Origin: Laetmonice hystrix
Lineage: Eukaryota
Assembly (NCBI GenBank): GCA_965235115.1
Contig: OZ249439.1
Coordinates: 28,768,001 to 28,832,000 of the forward strand
Direction: 5' to 3'
DNA length: 64,000 nt
Each line of letters starts with the position of its first letter. Within the stretch, counting starts at the first letter, position 1. The notes beneath the pieces were generated by a model, which was not told the origin of the DNA, did not search any database, and saw only the letters and a program-made list of their open reading frames with translations. The translations under genes and the position numbers were made by a program. Below are positions 25,638 to 39,719 of the stretch, one piece after another.

Positions 25638-26382
25638 CTGCCATGAGGACAGCCCTTTTAGTATACTACTTAATCCCACTGTACAACGGTCCTGCCATGA
25701 GGACAGCCCTTTTAGTATACTACTTAATCCCAGTGTACAGCGGTCCTGCCATGAGGACAGCCCTTTTAGTATACTACTTAATCCCAGTGTACAGCGGTCC
25801 TGCCATGAGGACACCCCTTTTAGTATACTACTTAATCCTGGTGTACAGCGGTCCTGCCATGAGGACCCCCCTTTTAGTATACTACTTAATCCCGGTGTAC
25901 AGCGGTCCTGCCATGAGGACCCCCCTTTTAGTATACTACTTAATCCCGGTGTACAGCGGTCCTGCCATGAGGACCCCCCTTTTAGTATACTACTTAATCC
26001 CGGTGTACAGCGGTCCTGCCATGAGGACCCCCCTTTTAGTATACTACTTAATCCCGGTGTACAGCGGTCCTGCCATGAGGACCCCCCTTTTAGTATACTA
26101 CTTAATCCCGGTGTACAGCGGTCCTGCCATGAGGACCCCCCTTTTAGTATACTACTTAATCCCGGTGTACAGCGGTCCTGCCATGAGGACCCCCCTTTTA
26201 GTATACTACTTAATCCCGGTGTACAGCGGTCCTGCCATGAGGACCCCCCTTTTAGTATACTACTTAATCCCGGTGTACAGCGGTCCTGCCATGAGGACCC
26301 CCCTTTTAGTATACTACTTAATCCCGGTGTACAGCGGTCCTGCCACCCCGTTTAGTATACTACCGGTGTACAGTTGTCCTGC
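25638..26382 (+). repeat. 54-bp minisatellite, about 13-14 copies
   Basis: 18-aa periodicity in two reading frames (MRTPLLVYYLIPVYSGPA). Confidence 0.97.
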
Positions 26383-26676
26383 CACTGCCCCCCCTCCCTA
26401 TCTCGTCTCCACACCAGTGGAAGAATCTGCCAGTTTCAGGTACATTTCCCTGGCCATGCACACTGTCCATGCACCATGCACACTGTCCATGCACCATGCA
26501 CACTGTCACACTGCCCGATGATATTAACCTTTACGACAGAGTAGTTCATCACTCACACCACCGTACAGCATGACGTCCCGTTTAGAGGACTACCTCTGTG
26601 AAACCACTAATATTCTACAGCAATATAATGTACTATCCTACAGTGACATCAATATCTTCTCTTGATAATATATTAA

Positions 26677-27204
26677 AGGGGCATGCTATGAAACACGTTT
26701 TGGGGGATTTCCGGCAATTATCCAACATGACCGTGTACTAGGGATCCAAGTACATAATCCTGCCACAGCATTTTGTCCTCCAACGTGTTTTCGCTGCGTA
26801 TGCAGCACAAGTAGGTTCTATACGACCAAACTTATAGATTTCTCCCGACAGCACATCTCCCGCCATAATTTGGTAGACAACCTCCCACCAACCCGTGTAA
26901 TTGCATACTGCGTCACATCCTGCGTGTGCACTCTCTGCATGTGCTTAGTCACGTGCTTCGCGTAGTTGTAAACAATTCAGCAGTTGCACTCGATCGTCCG
27001 GCATCAGAATGCCACCCAAAAAATATTTTACGAAATCGGCAGAGAAACGGGCAAAGTAGCTTCATAAACTTCGATTTCTCATGCAAAATGAAACTGATAA
27101 GTCTGTCTTTGTTTACCAAGCAATTTTAATGAAGGATCTCTTTATTAAAAAAGCAAAAGTTTTTTGAAATAAAGGTTTTTCACGTTTCCTCATAATATGC
27201 CCCT
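26677..27204. mobile_element. Kolobok-like MITE with TTAA target duplication
   Basis: TTAA|AGGGGCATGCTATGAAAC ... CGTTTCCTCATAATATGCCCCT|TTAA. Confidence 0.75.
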
Positions 27205-27375
27205 TTAAGTACAGGAACAATCACGTCCAACAGCACTATTACTGTGCAACAACAGCAGAATCTACCAATGTTCATTAGTTCAAATATCCAATTATTTGTA
27301 TAATTTTGGTACATTTGCAGTGCGCATGATAAGGTATCCACGTGACTGACAGACTATTTCGATTCTCTGTTGCAG

Positions 27376-27621
27376 TTTGCTCAACTATGGCCAAAGGAAT
27401 ATTTGCGTTGTTTGGAGTAACAAATGCGACATCTTTGAGTACAGTGCAGTCTCATTGCAACACCTTCCATATGCCTTACGTCACACCCAGTGCGCCAGTC
27501 AACCATTCTGACAACCCGGGATTTCTTTTGCGCATGCGTCCATCGTATGATGGCGCAATGATTGACATTATAAAACATTATAGATGGACTCGAATATTTT
27601 ATATTTACGACACACAAGAAG
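27376..27621 (+). CDS. GRIA: GluA coding exon 3 (ATD): (I)CSTMAKGIFALFG...VQSHCNTFHMPYVTP...MRPSYDGAMIDIIKHYRWTRIFYIYDTQE(G)
   Basis: TTGCAG acceptor, GTAGGT donor, 246 nt, phase 1-1. Closely resembles GluA2 FCSQFSRGVYAIFG / SFCGTLHVSFITP / MRP...Y.W.KF.YLYD..RG. Confidence 0.95.
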
Positions 27622-28245
27622 GTAGGTGTCCTTTTCCTCCACCTTGAATTTTACTTCAGTTTTCGCATGTTTGCTGGTGTCCTTCTGATGTGTACAAGTG
27701 TGTTATTATTGTCAGGTTCCAAATGCCATGAAGATCATGAAGATTAAGTCTTCTTGAATTGACTTTTAGAAGTGTGAAAACGAAAAGTCTGCAAGTCTTT
27801 TATAGTTACTGGATCAAAAGTGCATGTGGGAACGAAAAGAGGAAGCCACTAGAGAAACTCTTAACAAAAACGTATTCACCCATTTTGTCTATGGGGCGAA
27901 ATCAACATATTAAAACTCTACCTTTCAGAACATGCCATACCCGAAACATTAGCACCTTTCTACAGTGGAATGCATCTCTGCGGAACGTATTTGATTTAAT
28001 CTACAAGAGAGCAGATAATATACTTTCTGAGTAAGACACTAAATAGACGATGTTGTTTGTCAAAATGGGGCGGTATACTGTCGCCCCTTTCAACAAATAG
28101 CCCTACTCTACAATACCGCCTACAGGTCTTCCAACTGGCGATTCGTTAGAAGTGTCGTCTTCAAAAGAAGTATCTGTTCCCGATTGGTTTCGATTGCCTG
28201 CCGTAATGAGGGTAATCGGAAGACGGTATGAGATTACCATCCTTA

Positions 28246-28335
28246 AGTCCTGATTACCACACTTAGGCCATGTCCGTACCTGTATGGTTAAGTCCTGATT
28301 ACCACACTTAGGCCATGTCCGTACCTGTATGGTTA
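28246..28335 (+). repeat. Local tandem duplication of about 45 bp (TTAAGTCCTGATTACCACACTTAGGCCATGTCCGTACCTGTATGG x2)
   Basis: Two identical adjacent copies. Confidence 0.9.
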
Positions 28336-29379
28336 GGTCGACAAGGATTTCCCTAGCGTATACATACTCCGCTCCCTACGAACAGGACTACTGGCAACCT
28401 TTGACGACGCCAATGAGAGAAAGGCACACTTCTGAATTGGCTTAACACTGCACCTCATTTCTTAGTTCTTATTTTACTGCACAGCTAATACAGAAAGAGA
28501 GGGGGAAATACATGCATGTACACAAACAAACAAATGATATATTTTTCAACTCGAATATAATACGTTTAGGTGTTATATTAGAAATCCTGAATACGGTTGT
28601 CGATAGGAGACTCGGGAAAAAGGAATTAAGCGATGAAAGGCGCCGTACCGACTGAGCACCTTACACAGAGCGGGGTACCCTGTGTGAGGTGACGTCTGGC
28701 TTCGAGTCATATATCTGCTCGTTAATTGGTAGGAGCCGTGCGCAGCAATATCCCATTACTGTCAGTTGTCATTCATCCCCTCTCCAAGCCAGGTGGGATG
28801 CCGACACCCCCTTAAAGACCAGCCCCAACCCCCCCTTGGCATTAAGAAACTCATAATCATCAAGGCAAGGGGCCGTGTTGCCTGGGTGGATGTCCCGATA
28901 CCCAAAGCTCTCCTTTGTCAGCCCTTAATGCCATCCAGTCCGCCGCTCACCGCGATGGGAGAACACCCCCCAAACACACACACTCTCCTCTCCCGTCACA
29001 TTTGGGGAATTCGCTTTTGATTTCACCTCGGCGTCGACATTGGTACCGGTGACTTTGATCATTAATATAGAGTGTAGGGGCTTCAGCGTGAATCCCGCTC
29101 TTATAATGTCCAAATATGGTCGTGTCGGGCCTACGTACGCACTGGTGACGTCATGGAGGAAACGGTCCGACGTACGGGGAACCTCGGTCGTCTGTTGACA
29201 TCCGTTGTCACTCCTCAAAAGAGTACACAGCCTCGCCATCTATACGCTATCAACGCACAAAATATTCATGTGTGTGCATCGCTAGATTTATCCACGGGTT
29301 AAAACTCTGGATTTACTTAAACAGCAGACATGGTAAAAGAGCGACTGTTACATACTAAACACATATAGTATGCGTGTAC

Positions 29380-29940
29380 ACATAACATGAACGTGCTTCG
29401 GAAAAGCCTACATGATTCCCCTATTAGCGATCAGATTATTTTCTTGACAAGCACATGCAAGAAGAAGAAGAAGATGTCTTTTCCTGCCAATCTAGCTCTT
29501 CAAGGAGTAATCCAAGTGTTCATGATACATGATATCCTTTCCACGCCATGGACATCTAAGCTCTTCGATTTTAATGAATGTCTGGTTTGTTATGTCTAAT
29601 GATGTGGACTGTAGGCTTCCCCAGGGAAGCACATTGGAACCTAGGATAAGCGACGGATTAGCTGGTCCGGTGAAACATGTAAGTAAGGAGAGGCAATCTG
29701 CTGAGGGATGATATAAAATGGAACCATGCTGGTGGCTTACCACGTCACCGCCACAAGCCACCAACGATTTCATGGGTAGACATCTGTGGAAAGTCCACTC
29801 GATTATATTTCAGAAGTGTACAAGTTATATAATGCGTTACCTGACCTCTTGTCTGTGTATATAGTCTGTCTGAAGGTGAAGAGTTCGCCAGGAACACCTG
29901 GAGTATTCCTGGGGGAATTATGTCAGGTGAAGGGTTCATT
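29380..29940 (-). mobile_element. Decayed LINE reverse transcriptase N-terminal fragment
   Basis: Minus-strand PSPDIIPPGILQ (like SPGPDGIP..IL), followed in the expected order by CLSRK and NHVGFSEARSC (like Q.GFR.GRSC), with stops and frameshifts. Confidence 0.4.
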
Positions 29941-31350
29941 AATCTTGTAAACGATTTGCCATATGTTCAGCCTGAGGTATCGGGATAGGTTTGAGTAGTA
30001 CAGGCTATACACTAATCAATTTTGACGTAATACGTCACAATAATTATAGGATACGTTAAATGTTAATTGAATTGTTACAATATGCACTGACTCCGCGGAT
30101 GGCACGTCCTGTGCAAGGAGTAATTCGATTTTCGTCGTGCCTGTTTCTAATTAGTAGTTCGCGGTGAATATACATATTCCTACATTCAGTGTTCACGTGG
30201 ACTTTGTGTATTAGGACGTCGTCGTATTGTAACTGCGGTACGTCACCGTCGCGAGCTACATTTTGCGGGGTGCAGCTAAATGGACAGTGAGGTTTTGTAA
30301 CTGGTTATAAATTACAGGGAAAAAAACCACGACTTGGATGGTATAGGATATTCACTTTTACACCGCGTGGACCTTCCAGTGGCAAATAAAATATTGGGAA
30401 ATACCTCCGGGTACGCCACTGCCTTCTCTCTGTAACTTGCAATAATTGTGAGAGAAATTGCCACCGGCCGTGTCACAAAGAATCACCTCTCCCATTTATC
30501 ATAGAAGGTTCTATCATTCTGTGGCGAACACTTCTCGAGGCCCTGCCCAGGCCAGAAGGCCTGACAGCTTCTGGTTTTATCCAGTTTGCCACAGTGGCCT
30601 ACTGGAAAAATATTATTGTCTCTAGTCGGGATGAGGCTCATGGCATGACCCGGCGGGCCATGACAGCTGACCACAGTACCTGCCAGAGCCATCGCTTATT
30701 GTTTTTGTCCGAGCCCCCTCGACGTAACGAAATCTAGAAACAAACGCGCAGAATCTTATATACGCTGAATGTATAAAGCGGTCGTCACTGCCGCCGGGGA
30801 AAGTTCTCTATAGGATGGATTTATGCAAAGATTACGTCCTTAATCTTAATCCTGGCGGCCAATTCGATTACCATCGGACTTATACGACACATACCGTATA
30901 TTCTGCAATGTTTCCTTCCCAGCCAATGTAACCCAGCTGAGGTGCTCGGAGACAGATGGATCATCAATTAGTCTATTCACTGTGGCAGGTTTACTACCTG
31001 ATCCCAGCCCTAACGAACCGTATATGGCATCTGGTCTTCAGATGCCCCCATGACCTTGGCTGACCGCTATAAAGGTCAAGGTTAAGCGAAGCACTGCTGC
31101 GGCTAATTGAATGATCCAGCGGCTGTTGCCATGCCGACATGAGAATCAAATGGATGTAGGTAGATAGCCCCTGGCATCTTCCTTTTAAAGCCTCATTATT
31201 TTCTTCTCGTCTCAAAATATGAGCTGCCTCAATGTGCATCCTTCGATCTCCCATTATTAAATGACCAGGGCGACTCGAAAGGCATACACGCACCGATCCG
31301 ACTCAACTCCATGTAGCTAAGGGTTTTTTTGGCCTTGGAACCTACAACTG

Positions 31351-31567
31351 TGAAGTGCTGAACCCACCAAGGCAATTCCCCTTGCGACGGCCATGCGATT
31401 TTTGATTTAATGGTGGAATTTCACTCTGACATTTTTCCTGGGTGGCCTTCTCCGTTTCAGGAAATGGGTTCCATCCTTTAATCTCAAAATTACAGTAAAA
31501 TAAAAGGGTGATGTCAAAATCGCATGGGCGTCGCAAGGGGAATCGCCTTGGTGGGTTCAGCACTTCA
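31351..31567. mobile_element. MITE copy A, TIR of about 50 bp (TGAAGTGCTGAACCCACCAAGGC.ATTCCCCTTGCGACG.CCATGCGATTTT)
   Basis: Near-perfect terminal inverted repeats; a second copy lies at 42539-42753. Confidence 0.9.
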
Positions 31568-32100
31568 GACAGTTGAATGGAGTCTTGGACAGGTGAATTA
31601 AGTCGGGTCGGGTCGGCGCAGTGGTTTTCAAGGCATTTAAACGAGCTGGATTGAGTCGGGTTGAGTCGGATCGGTAGGTGTATGCCCTGACGTCCCAGTC
31701 ACCCCACACACGGACCCCATCCACCTCAATACTAAGTGTATGCCTGTTCTTGAAAAGAATGAATGAACTCTCTTGGGTCCAACGGTCGGGTAAATCCGTG
31801 ATTTGATCCAATAACCAGATTCTGTGAATATCCCGCCGTGTGGTAATAATAACATTTCATACAGATCAGTCATGACAGATCGCAATTCCAATAGATCATC
31901 CGACAGGGCAGGGACAGACAGAATGGTAAATAATACAAAGCGAACTCCAATAGTAACACAAGGCTTGTGGGGGTCACATCGAAAGGTGGACGTTAAACAA
32001 AAGAGGAACGCCAATGCCCTGATGGTGGGATGTTAACGTGACGACCACATCAAACAGCAACACTCTGTGGACAGGTCTGTGGGTGTGGTCAATCCAGTGC

Positions 32101-32205
32101 CAATATCCTACAGCCAACCAATCACCAATCCCTACCGCCAACCAATCACCAATCCCTACCGCCAACCAATCTCCAATCCCTACCGCCAACCAATCACCAA
32201 TCCTG
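32101..32205 (+). repeat. 24-bp minisatellite (CCAATCACCAATCCCTACCGCCAA), about 4 copies
   Basis: Direct repeats. Confidence 0.9.
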
Positions 32206-35200
32206 CATTTTCTATCACGGAACCTTTGTGTCGCCGTTCTCCATCTATGTTCTACGTTGCTCTCCATCTAGATTTAGATAAATTGGATAAGCTGTGTCGA
32301 CGACACCTGCAGTCTAATAATATCCACAATAAATTTTAAAAACCTGCTGCTGCATAATACATATAAAGATTAATGTCCAAAAACGGTGACCAGCCATAAA
32401 AAATGGTTTATTCCCAGTGTATAGTGACGTCCATTTTGTCGCGCGATCCCACATGGACGTGACACAATGTTGTGCATACACAATCACGTACTAGAAACAG
32501 GTGTACGTGATCTATTTCATCATCGTGTTATTATACCAGGGGGTGTTTTATTCTCTAAATGTGAAAGTAAGTGGTAATCATCGCATCACACTCCCTGCTG
32601 TGGTCGCAATGCATTATGCCCTGATATATCCGGAGTCTGGGCAACAGATTGACAAAACCAGCCGTACCCATAGATTTCCTCTGGGACCGAGAACTGACAA
32701 CATGGAGTATTATCCCGGCGGCTTATAGCAAACAGTACGAGCAAGCTTTCGCTGGACAGGCCTCCACCAATCGACGTAATCAATGAACCCGTCATATAAA
32801 AACATACACAGCACCGATTGACGAAATGCATGCTGGTATAGCTCAGCCGCCGGCCGCAGGGGGGGGGGGCGTGAATAGGGACCAATCGAAAGGCGCTGTA
32901 CACCATGCTAACCGGAAGTCGCCTACGTTTCGTTGACATCGCGTGCGTTGAGAGTAGAATAATGGCGGGACACGCCCCCCCCCCCCACACACACACGTGC
33001 AGAGCACAGCCCTCGCCTTGTCTCCCCATCGTCCCGACCTCTAAAGGCAAGGCTATCAACGTTGAAAGCTGGTTTCCGGCGTCGGGCTTGGACCTACTCG
33101 GCCACAATGAAAGCAGACCCGAGCCGCTACCGACATGAAAGCGATATTGGAAAAAAGGGACCGTACAGACAATAGGTTGGCCGCTGATATCGTAGTGACT
33201 ATTTCAGGCAATCAAACTAAATCTCACATCAGCCAACTAGTTGCCATCAGTGCTTTACAGGCACATCGGCATAATGTCCCAATGGCTGCAGAAAGGGATA
33301 GAACATGCGACGGACAAATGAAAAATCGCTAACGGTGCGATTTCTCCTTCACAATTAGACTGCCTGTGGGCCAGCTAAGTTCCGATCTAAGCTGAGCAGG
33401 AGTAACTAATTGTAAAATAGATATAAAGGTATAGACCCATTTCTGTACCATCCCCACCACCATCAACGACGTCAAATGGGTGCCATATATAGGTCACTGT
33501 GACCCTTACAGACACAACAAACATGGCGCTAGAAAACACGACATACGGGTCTTTCGGATCATCGGCCAGTGGCCAATCTATATCTGAGATATTACGTTAC
33601 ACTTCTAACGAGCAGGGGGGGAGTATTTGGGTTTCTTGGAATCGCACTCTCCCATACCTCGTCCACTCGATTTTAATGAGGCATAAAAAACTCCCTCAAT
33701 GCAAGTTCACTTGATATTAATTTCCTGAACAAATGAAAATTTAATCACTCTGTAGATGTTACATAATGATGCCTGCCAGATATCATCGATTGTTCTGTGA
33801 AAACAATGACATAAGTTGTCACTCATTCACTTTTATACAATCTGTGCCATATGAGAGAGAAATTACTAGTATCATAGGAAAGTCGGACCTGGAACGTAAG
33901 AATCTATGAACGTCGGTAGTTAATTGTGATTGAAAGGGTTTTTTTTAGGAGGGGGCGGGTGTCCATAAGACAAAACTGGACATTTTACTGGCTCCTAATA
34001 ATCTACAGTTCATCACGGTATATTGCAGAATCTATAATTGCAGGTAGTACCCCCTATCTTATGGATAAGGATCGCTAGCAGAGACGACAAGGCGGTCTTA
34101 AGCATATCAATAATTGACACAGTCTATAACCTTATTATTTTGATAACGTTCACTGAGTGTCTGATTGCATATAGACCCCACTCACTGTCACATCATTTGG
34201 GGTGTTTATGGTCATAATAACATGAGGAAGCCAATATGTGACGTCATCAGCTCGCAGCGCAGCGGAACAGAATGGTGTCGAATTACAGTCCATTCAGGGG
34301 CTGGGATCAGTGCATTTGGCTGATTGGTAATAACGTTATTTGACTTGGAAGTTTACAGTGAGGGCGGAACATGGTGGAAGATGAGGCTCATTTGGAGACC
34401 ATGATCGAGGGAAGCTTTTTCAGGGCCAATGGAACAAGAAAAAAAAAAGATATCTGGGTTCGCCATTATCAGGGAGACGCAGGCGTCGACGGCTGCATCA
34501 GACACTATGTTTTAATAGGTAAGCGTAGGAGCACGATGCGATGGACAGCGTTTAATCATTTATACTGGTCTTTAGACAGAACTTCTTTATCCTGGATTAT
34601 CTTTTCATTTTCAGAAACAAGATAGCAGGCAAGATAAAGTGTACAACGTACGTAGTCATCTCAAAGAAGATTTGGTGATCAGATATCTTTCAGATTATAA
34701 CGAAATCCTCTCTCCGCTGAGTACAAAGCGAAAACTGTAGCCAAACTTCCTGATTGCGTCCAATCATTTAAAACTCTTTGATGCGTTTCAAATGCCCCTA
34801 ATTATGGAGAAAAATGCCCAGGGAAAGGACTGATTATTACAATATAACCAGGCTGACAGAAAACGTTGTATAACGATGTAACTAGCCCTTACCGGGGCAC
34901 TCCGCTACATAGACTGAAGAAACCAGGAGCGGGCCTTTAGTGGCTTTTCTTTATCAGGTGCACTACACAGAGGCCACCGATTGGCCCACTGAGCTGGGTA
35001 GAATCAGCCAGGCTAATGGGCACGGACAGGGCCGAGCCCGGCTCGACAATGACGTCCTGCTTCCCAACACCCCACCATGAATATTCCACCAGGAATACCT
35101 TGTCTTTGATGGCTGAATTAGGCGCCATTGCGAAAATATTCCCATGGCGAACTCGCAGCTTATTTGGGATGATTAGTGGAAAATAGCGTCCAGATAGGAA

Positions 35201-36844
35201 TAAGGGTGCACTGTTTGCGAGCAGGGTAATGGCAGTAGGATGGGGCAGTCATTATCAGCCGCCGCGCCATAAAGAACGTCCGTGGCGCGATGCTGTGCCT
35301 TGCCTCTATAGATACTGGGGAGGGCGGGGTGGGGATGGCGGTACTCCGTATGAGTATGAAGCAGCTGCGGCAATTTGTGAACAATTTGTAGCCGAGTCAG
35401 AGGTTATGATAATTTAGGATGTTATCGATTGCGCCGTCATCCGCCCTTAGCACAACCTAACAATGTGCCCTTCCCGGGAGCTCCGCGACAGTCTCTGGGT
35501 TTTTCTACACCTACCAGATATTATTCAGAGCCGATATTATTCATAGAAGCAGGGCCATCAAATTCCATCAGAATGGCGAACTGGGTGATGGAGGTCTCTG
35601 CGGAGCGCCAGATCGGGTGGAATGGAAAGGCAGGGATCCGGTGTGAGCGCGAAGCAATCACAAAGAGAAACTACTGCCGATAAACGGCCGGTGTTCAGAA
35701 TCAGGCCACCTCATTCGATCACTGCAAGTCGGGATTACCCCGTTCACTATCCCGACATGAACGACTCCAGCACACACGGCTATCGCTAACCAACCTCTCT
35801 CTAGCATGGGCGGCTCTGGAAAGTTTCACTCACCCCCAACCTGACCCACCATCGCAACAGAGTAGGGGATTTGTCCCTGAAGATTTAGTACCATAAAAAT
35901 AACGCCTGCCAAGACTGCGGATCTGCGTTATGCGTCAGAGCAAGCCAGTACTGGGGGAAAAAATGGCTGCAAATCGCGGCCATGGGCGCGTGTGAGGAAG
36001 GCGGTATGTGCAGTGGCACGGGTCCCCACGGATTCCGGTGACATTTCGGAGGGGGCCAAGCTCCCGGCGTACCATTCAGATCACAGGGCCTCAAGGAAAT
36101 GGCTTGCAGCTGATCTTGGGGCCATGTTTGGCGATCAGGCTAGGCTACACACGCCTTGCACGAACCGGCGGTTATTGGCACAAGGAAGGTTTAAAGTTCT
36201 TGCACACTCAATGTATAAAGTCGACGTTAGAGAGACGGGTGACATGAAAACTCGCTTTATCTTCGACGTCCCCCTTCCTGGCCGTGTGTGTGAAATAGTC
36301 GTCATGAATCTTCGGGCCAACTTAAACAGTAGTTGCTGGTGCTTTTCCCCTCTCAGTTGCTCAAACAATGCCTTAAAATTAGAGAGGAGTTTATCCAACG
36401 ATAAAACTGCCATCCTCAACTTCCTATTTCCTATCTGCTCATGCCCTGCCCTATTCCAGTGTAATGTCATTGGAAGTGAATCCTGAGGGACCTAATGATA
36501 TTAAACCCTCAGGGCGCAGCTCAATGACTTATATAACGACCAGACCACAGCGTCTGTGGTAGGAACCTCCATAATATGATCCATAACAGTCATGTAAGAG
36601 ACCCATGAATTAACCTGGCAATTTACAGAGCGGAAAAATCCATTGGCTCTAACGTTATTAAGCTTCCCATATCAGGAATATGAAGTCATCTACAGGCGTG
36701 GTAACCTGAAACGTGAAATGGATACATTCCCTTGAAGTCGCTGGCGTTTGTGTTTGGCAGAGCGGACTTATAAAACCAGACATGGTGTCGTCGTCGATAT
36801 GTCGATACCGGGACGACGACCTCAAATAACGAGCCATGCTCGGG

Positions 36845-39719
36845 AGGACGATACGTTACTTTGACTACTCGGAGACGATACGTTACTTTGACTACTCGGA
36901 GACGATACGTTACTTTGACTACTCGGAGACTTTGACTACTCGGAGACGATACGTTACTATGACTACTCGGAGACGATACGTTACTTTGACTACTCGGAGA
37001 CTTTGACTACTCGGAGACGATACGTTACTTTGACTACTCGGAGACTTTGACTACTCGGAGACTTTGACTACTCGGAGACGATACGTTACTTTGACTACTC
37101 GGAGACGATACGTTACTTTGACTACTCGGAGACGATACGTTACTTTGACCACTCGGAGACGATACGTTACTTTGACTACTCGGAGACGATACGTTACTTT
37201 GACTACTCGGAGACGATACGTTAGTTTGACTACTCGGAGACGATACGTTACTTTGACTACTCGGAGACGATACGTTACTTTGACTACTCGGAGACTTTGA
37301 CTACTCGGAGACGATACGTTACTTTGACTACTCGGAGACTTTGACTACTCGGAGACGATACGTTACTTTGACTACTCGGAGACGATACGTTACTTTGACT
37401 ACTCGGAGACTTTGACTACTCGGAGACGATACGTTACTTTGACTACTCGGAGACGATACGTTACTTTGACTACTCGGAGACGATACGTTACTTTGACTAC
37501 TCGGAGACGATACGTCACTTTGACTACTCGGAGACGATACGTTACTTTGACTACTCGGAGACTTTGACTACTCGGAGACGATACGTTACTTTGACTACTC
37601 GGAAACTTTGACTACTCGGAGACGATACGTTACTTTGACTACTCGGAGACGATACGTTACTTTGACTACTCGGAGACGATACGTTACTTTGACTACTCGG
37701 AGACGATACGTTACTTTGACTACTCGGAGACGATACGTTACTTTGACTACTCGGAGACGATACGTTACTTTGATTACTCAAAGACGATACGTTACTTTGA
37801 CTGCTCGGAGACGATACGTTACTTTGACTACTCGGAGACGATACGTTACTTTGACTACTCGGAGACGATACGTTACTTTGACTACTCGGAGACTTTGACT
37901 ACTCGGAGACGATACGTTACTTTGACTACTCGGAAACTTTGACTACTCGGAGACGATACGTTACTTTGACTGCTCGGAGACGATACGTTACTTTGACTAC
38001 TCGGAGACGATACGTTACTTTGACTACTCGGAGACGATACGTTACTTTGACTACTCGGAGACTTTGACTACTCGGAGACGATACGTTACTTTGACTACTC
38101 GGAAACTTTGACTACTCGGAGACGATACGTTACTTTGACTACTCGGAGACGGATACGTTACTTTGACTACTCGGAGACGATACGTTACTTTGACTACTCG
38201 GAGACGATACGTTACTGTGACTACTCGGAGACGATACGTTACTTTGACTACGCGGAGACGATACGTTACTTTGACTACTCGGAGACGATACGTTACTTTG
38301 ACTACTCGGAGACGATACGTTACTTTGACTACTCGGAGACGATACGTTACTTTGACTACTCGGAGACGATACGTTACTTTGACTACTCGTAGACGATACG
38401 TTACTTTGACTACTCGGAGACGATACGTTACTTTGACTACTCGGAGACTTTGACTACTCGGAGACGATACGTTACTTTGACTACTCGGAGACTTTGACTA
38501 CTCGGAGACGATACGTTACTTTGACTACTCGGAGACTTTGACTACTCGGAGACGATACGTTACTTTGACTACTCGGAGACGATACGTTACTTTGACTACT
38601 CGGAGACGATACGTTACTTTGACTACTCGGAGACGATACGTCACTTTGACTACTCGGAGACGATACGTTACTTTGACTACTCGGAGACTTTGACTACTCG
38701 GAGACGATACGTTACTTTGACTACTCGGAAACTTTGACTACTCGGAGACGATACGTTACTTTGACTACTCGGAGACGATACGTTACTTTGACTACTCGGA
38801 GACGATACGTTACTTTGACTACTCGGAGACGATACGTTACTTTGACTACTCGGAGACGATACGTTACTTTGACTACTCGGAGACGATACGTTACTTTGAC
38901 TACTCGGAGACGATACGTTACTTTGACTACTCAAAGACGATACGTTACTTTGACTGCTCGGAGACGATACGTTACTTTGACTACGCGGAGACGATACGTT
39001 ACTTTGACTACTCGGAGACGATACGTTACTTTGACTACTCGGAGACGATACGTTACTTTGACTACTCGGAGACGATACGTTACTTTGACTACTCGGAGAC
39101 GATACGTTACTTTGACTACTCGTAGACGATACGTTACTTTGACTACTCGGAGACGATACGTTACTTTGACTACTCGGAGACTTTGACTACTCGGAGACGA
39201 TACGTTACTTTGACTGCTCGGAGACGATACGTTACTTTGACCACTCGGAGACGATACGTTACTTTGACTACTCGGAGACGATACGTTACTTTGACTACTC
39301 GGAGACGATACGTTACTTTGACTACTCGGAGACGATACGTTACTTTGACTACTCGGAGACTTTTACTACTCGGAGACGATAAGTTACTTTGACTACTCGG
39401 AGACGATACGTTACTTTGACTACTCGGAGACGATACGTTACTTTGACTACTGGGAGACGATACGTTACTTTGACTACTCGGAGATACGTTACTTTGACTA
39501 CTCGTAGACGATACGTTACTTTGACTACTCGGAGACGATACGTTACTTTGACTACTCGGAGACGATACGTTCTTTGACTACTCGGAGACGATACGTTACT
39601 TTGACTACTTGGAGACGATACGTTACTTTAACTACTCGGAGACGATACGTTACTTTGACTACTCGGAGACGATCCGTTACTTTGACTACTCGGAGACGAT
39701 ACGTTACTTTGACTACGCG
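36845..39719 (+). repeat. 27-bp satellite (GACTACTCGGAGACGATACGTTACTTT) interspersed with 17-bp deletion units
   Basis: 9-aa periodic ORFs (TTRRRYVTL); short unit GACTACTCGGAGACTTT. Confidence 0.98.

Noticed and set aside
25562-26521. 319-aa and 240-aa ORFs
   Set aside because: Produced by a 54-bp tandem repeat (multiple of 3) inside intron 2; no protein features.
32833-32860. GCTGGTATAGCTCAG tRNA-like 5' end
   Set aside because: No D-loop GG, anticodon arm or T-arm follows.
35992-36486. Overlapping 164-aa (+) and 111-aa (-) ORFs
   Set aside because: No recognisable domain or compatible splice context.
37064-39577. TTRRRYVTL-repeat ORFs
   Set aside because: Artefact of the 27-bp satellite; starts are non-ATG codons.
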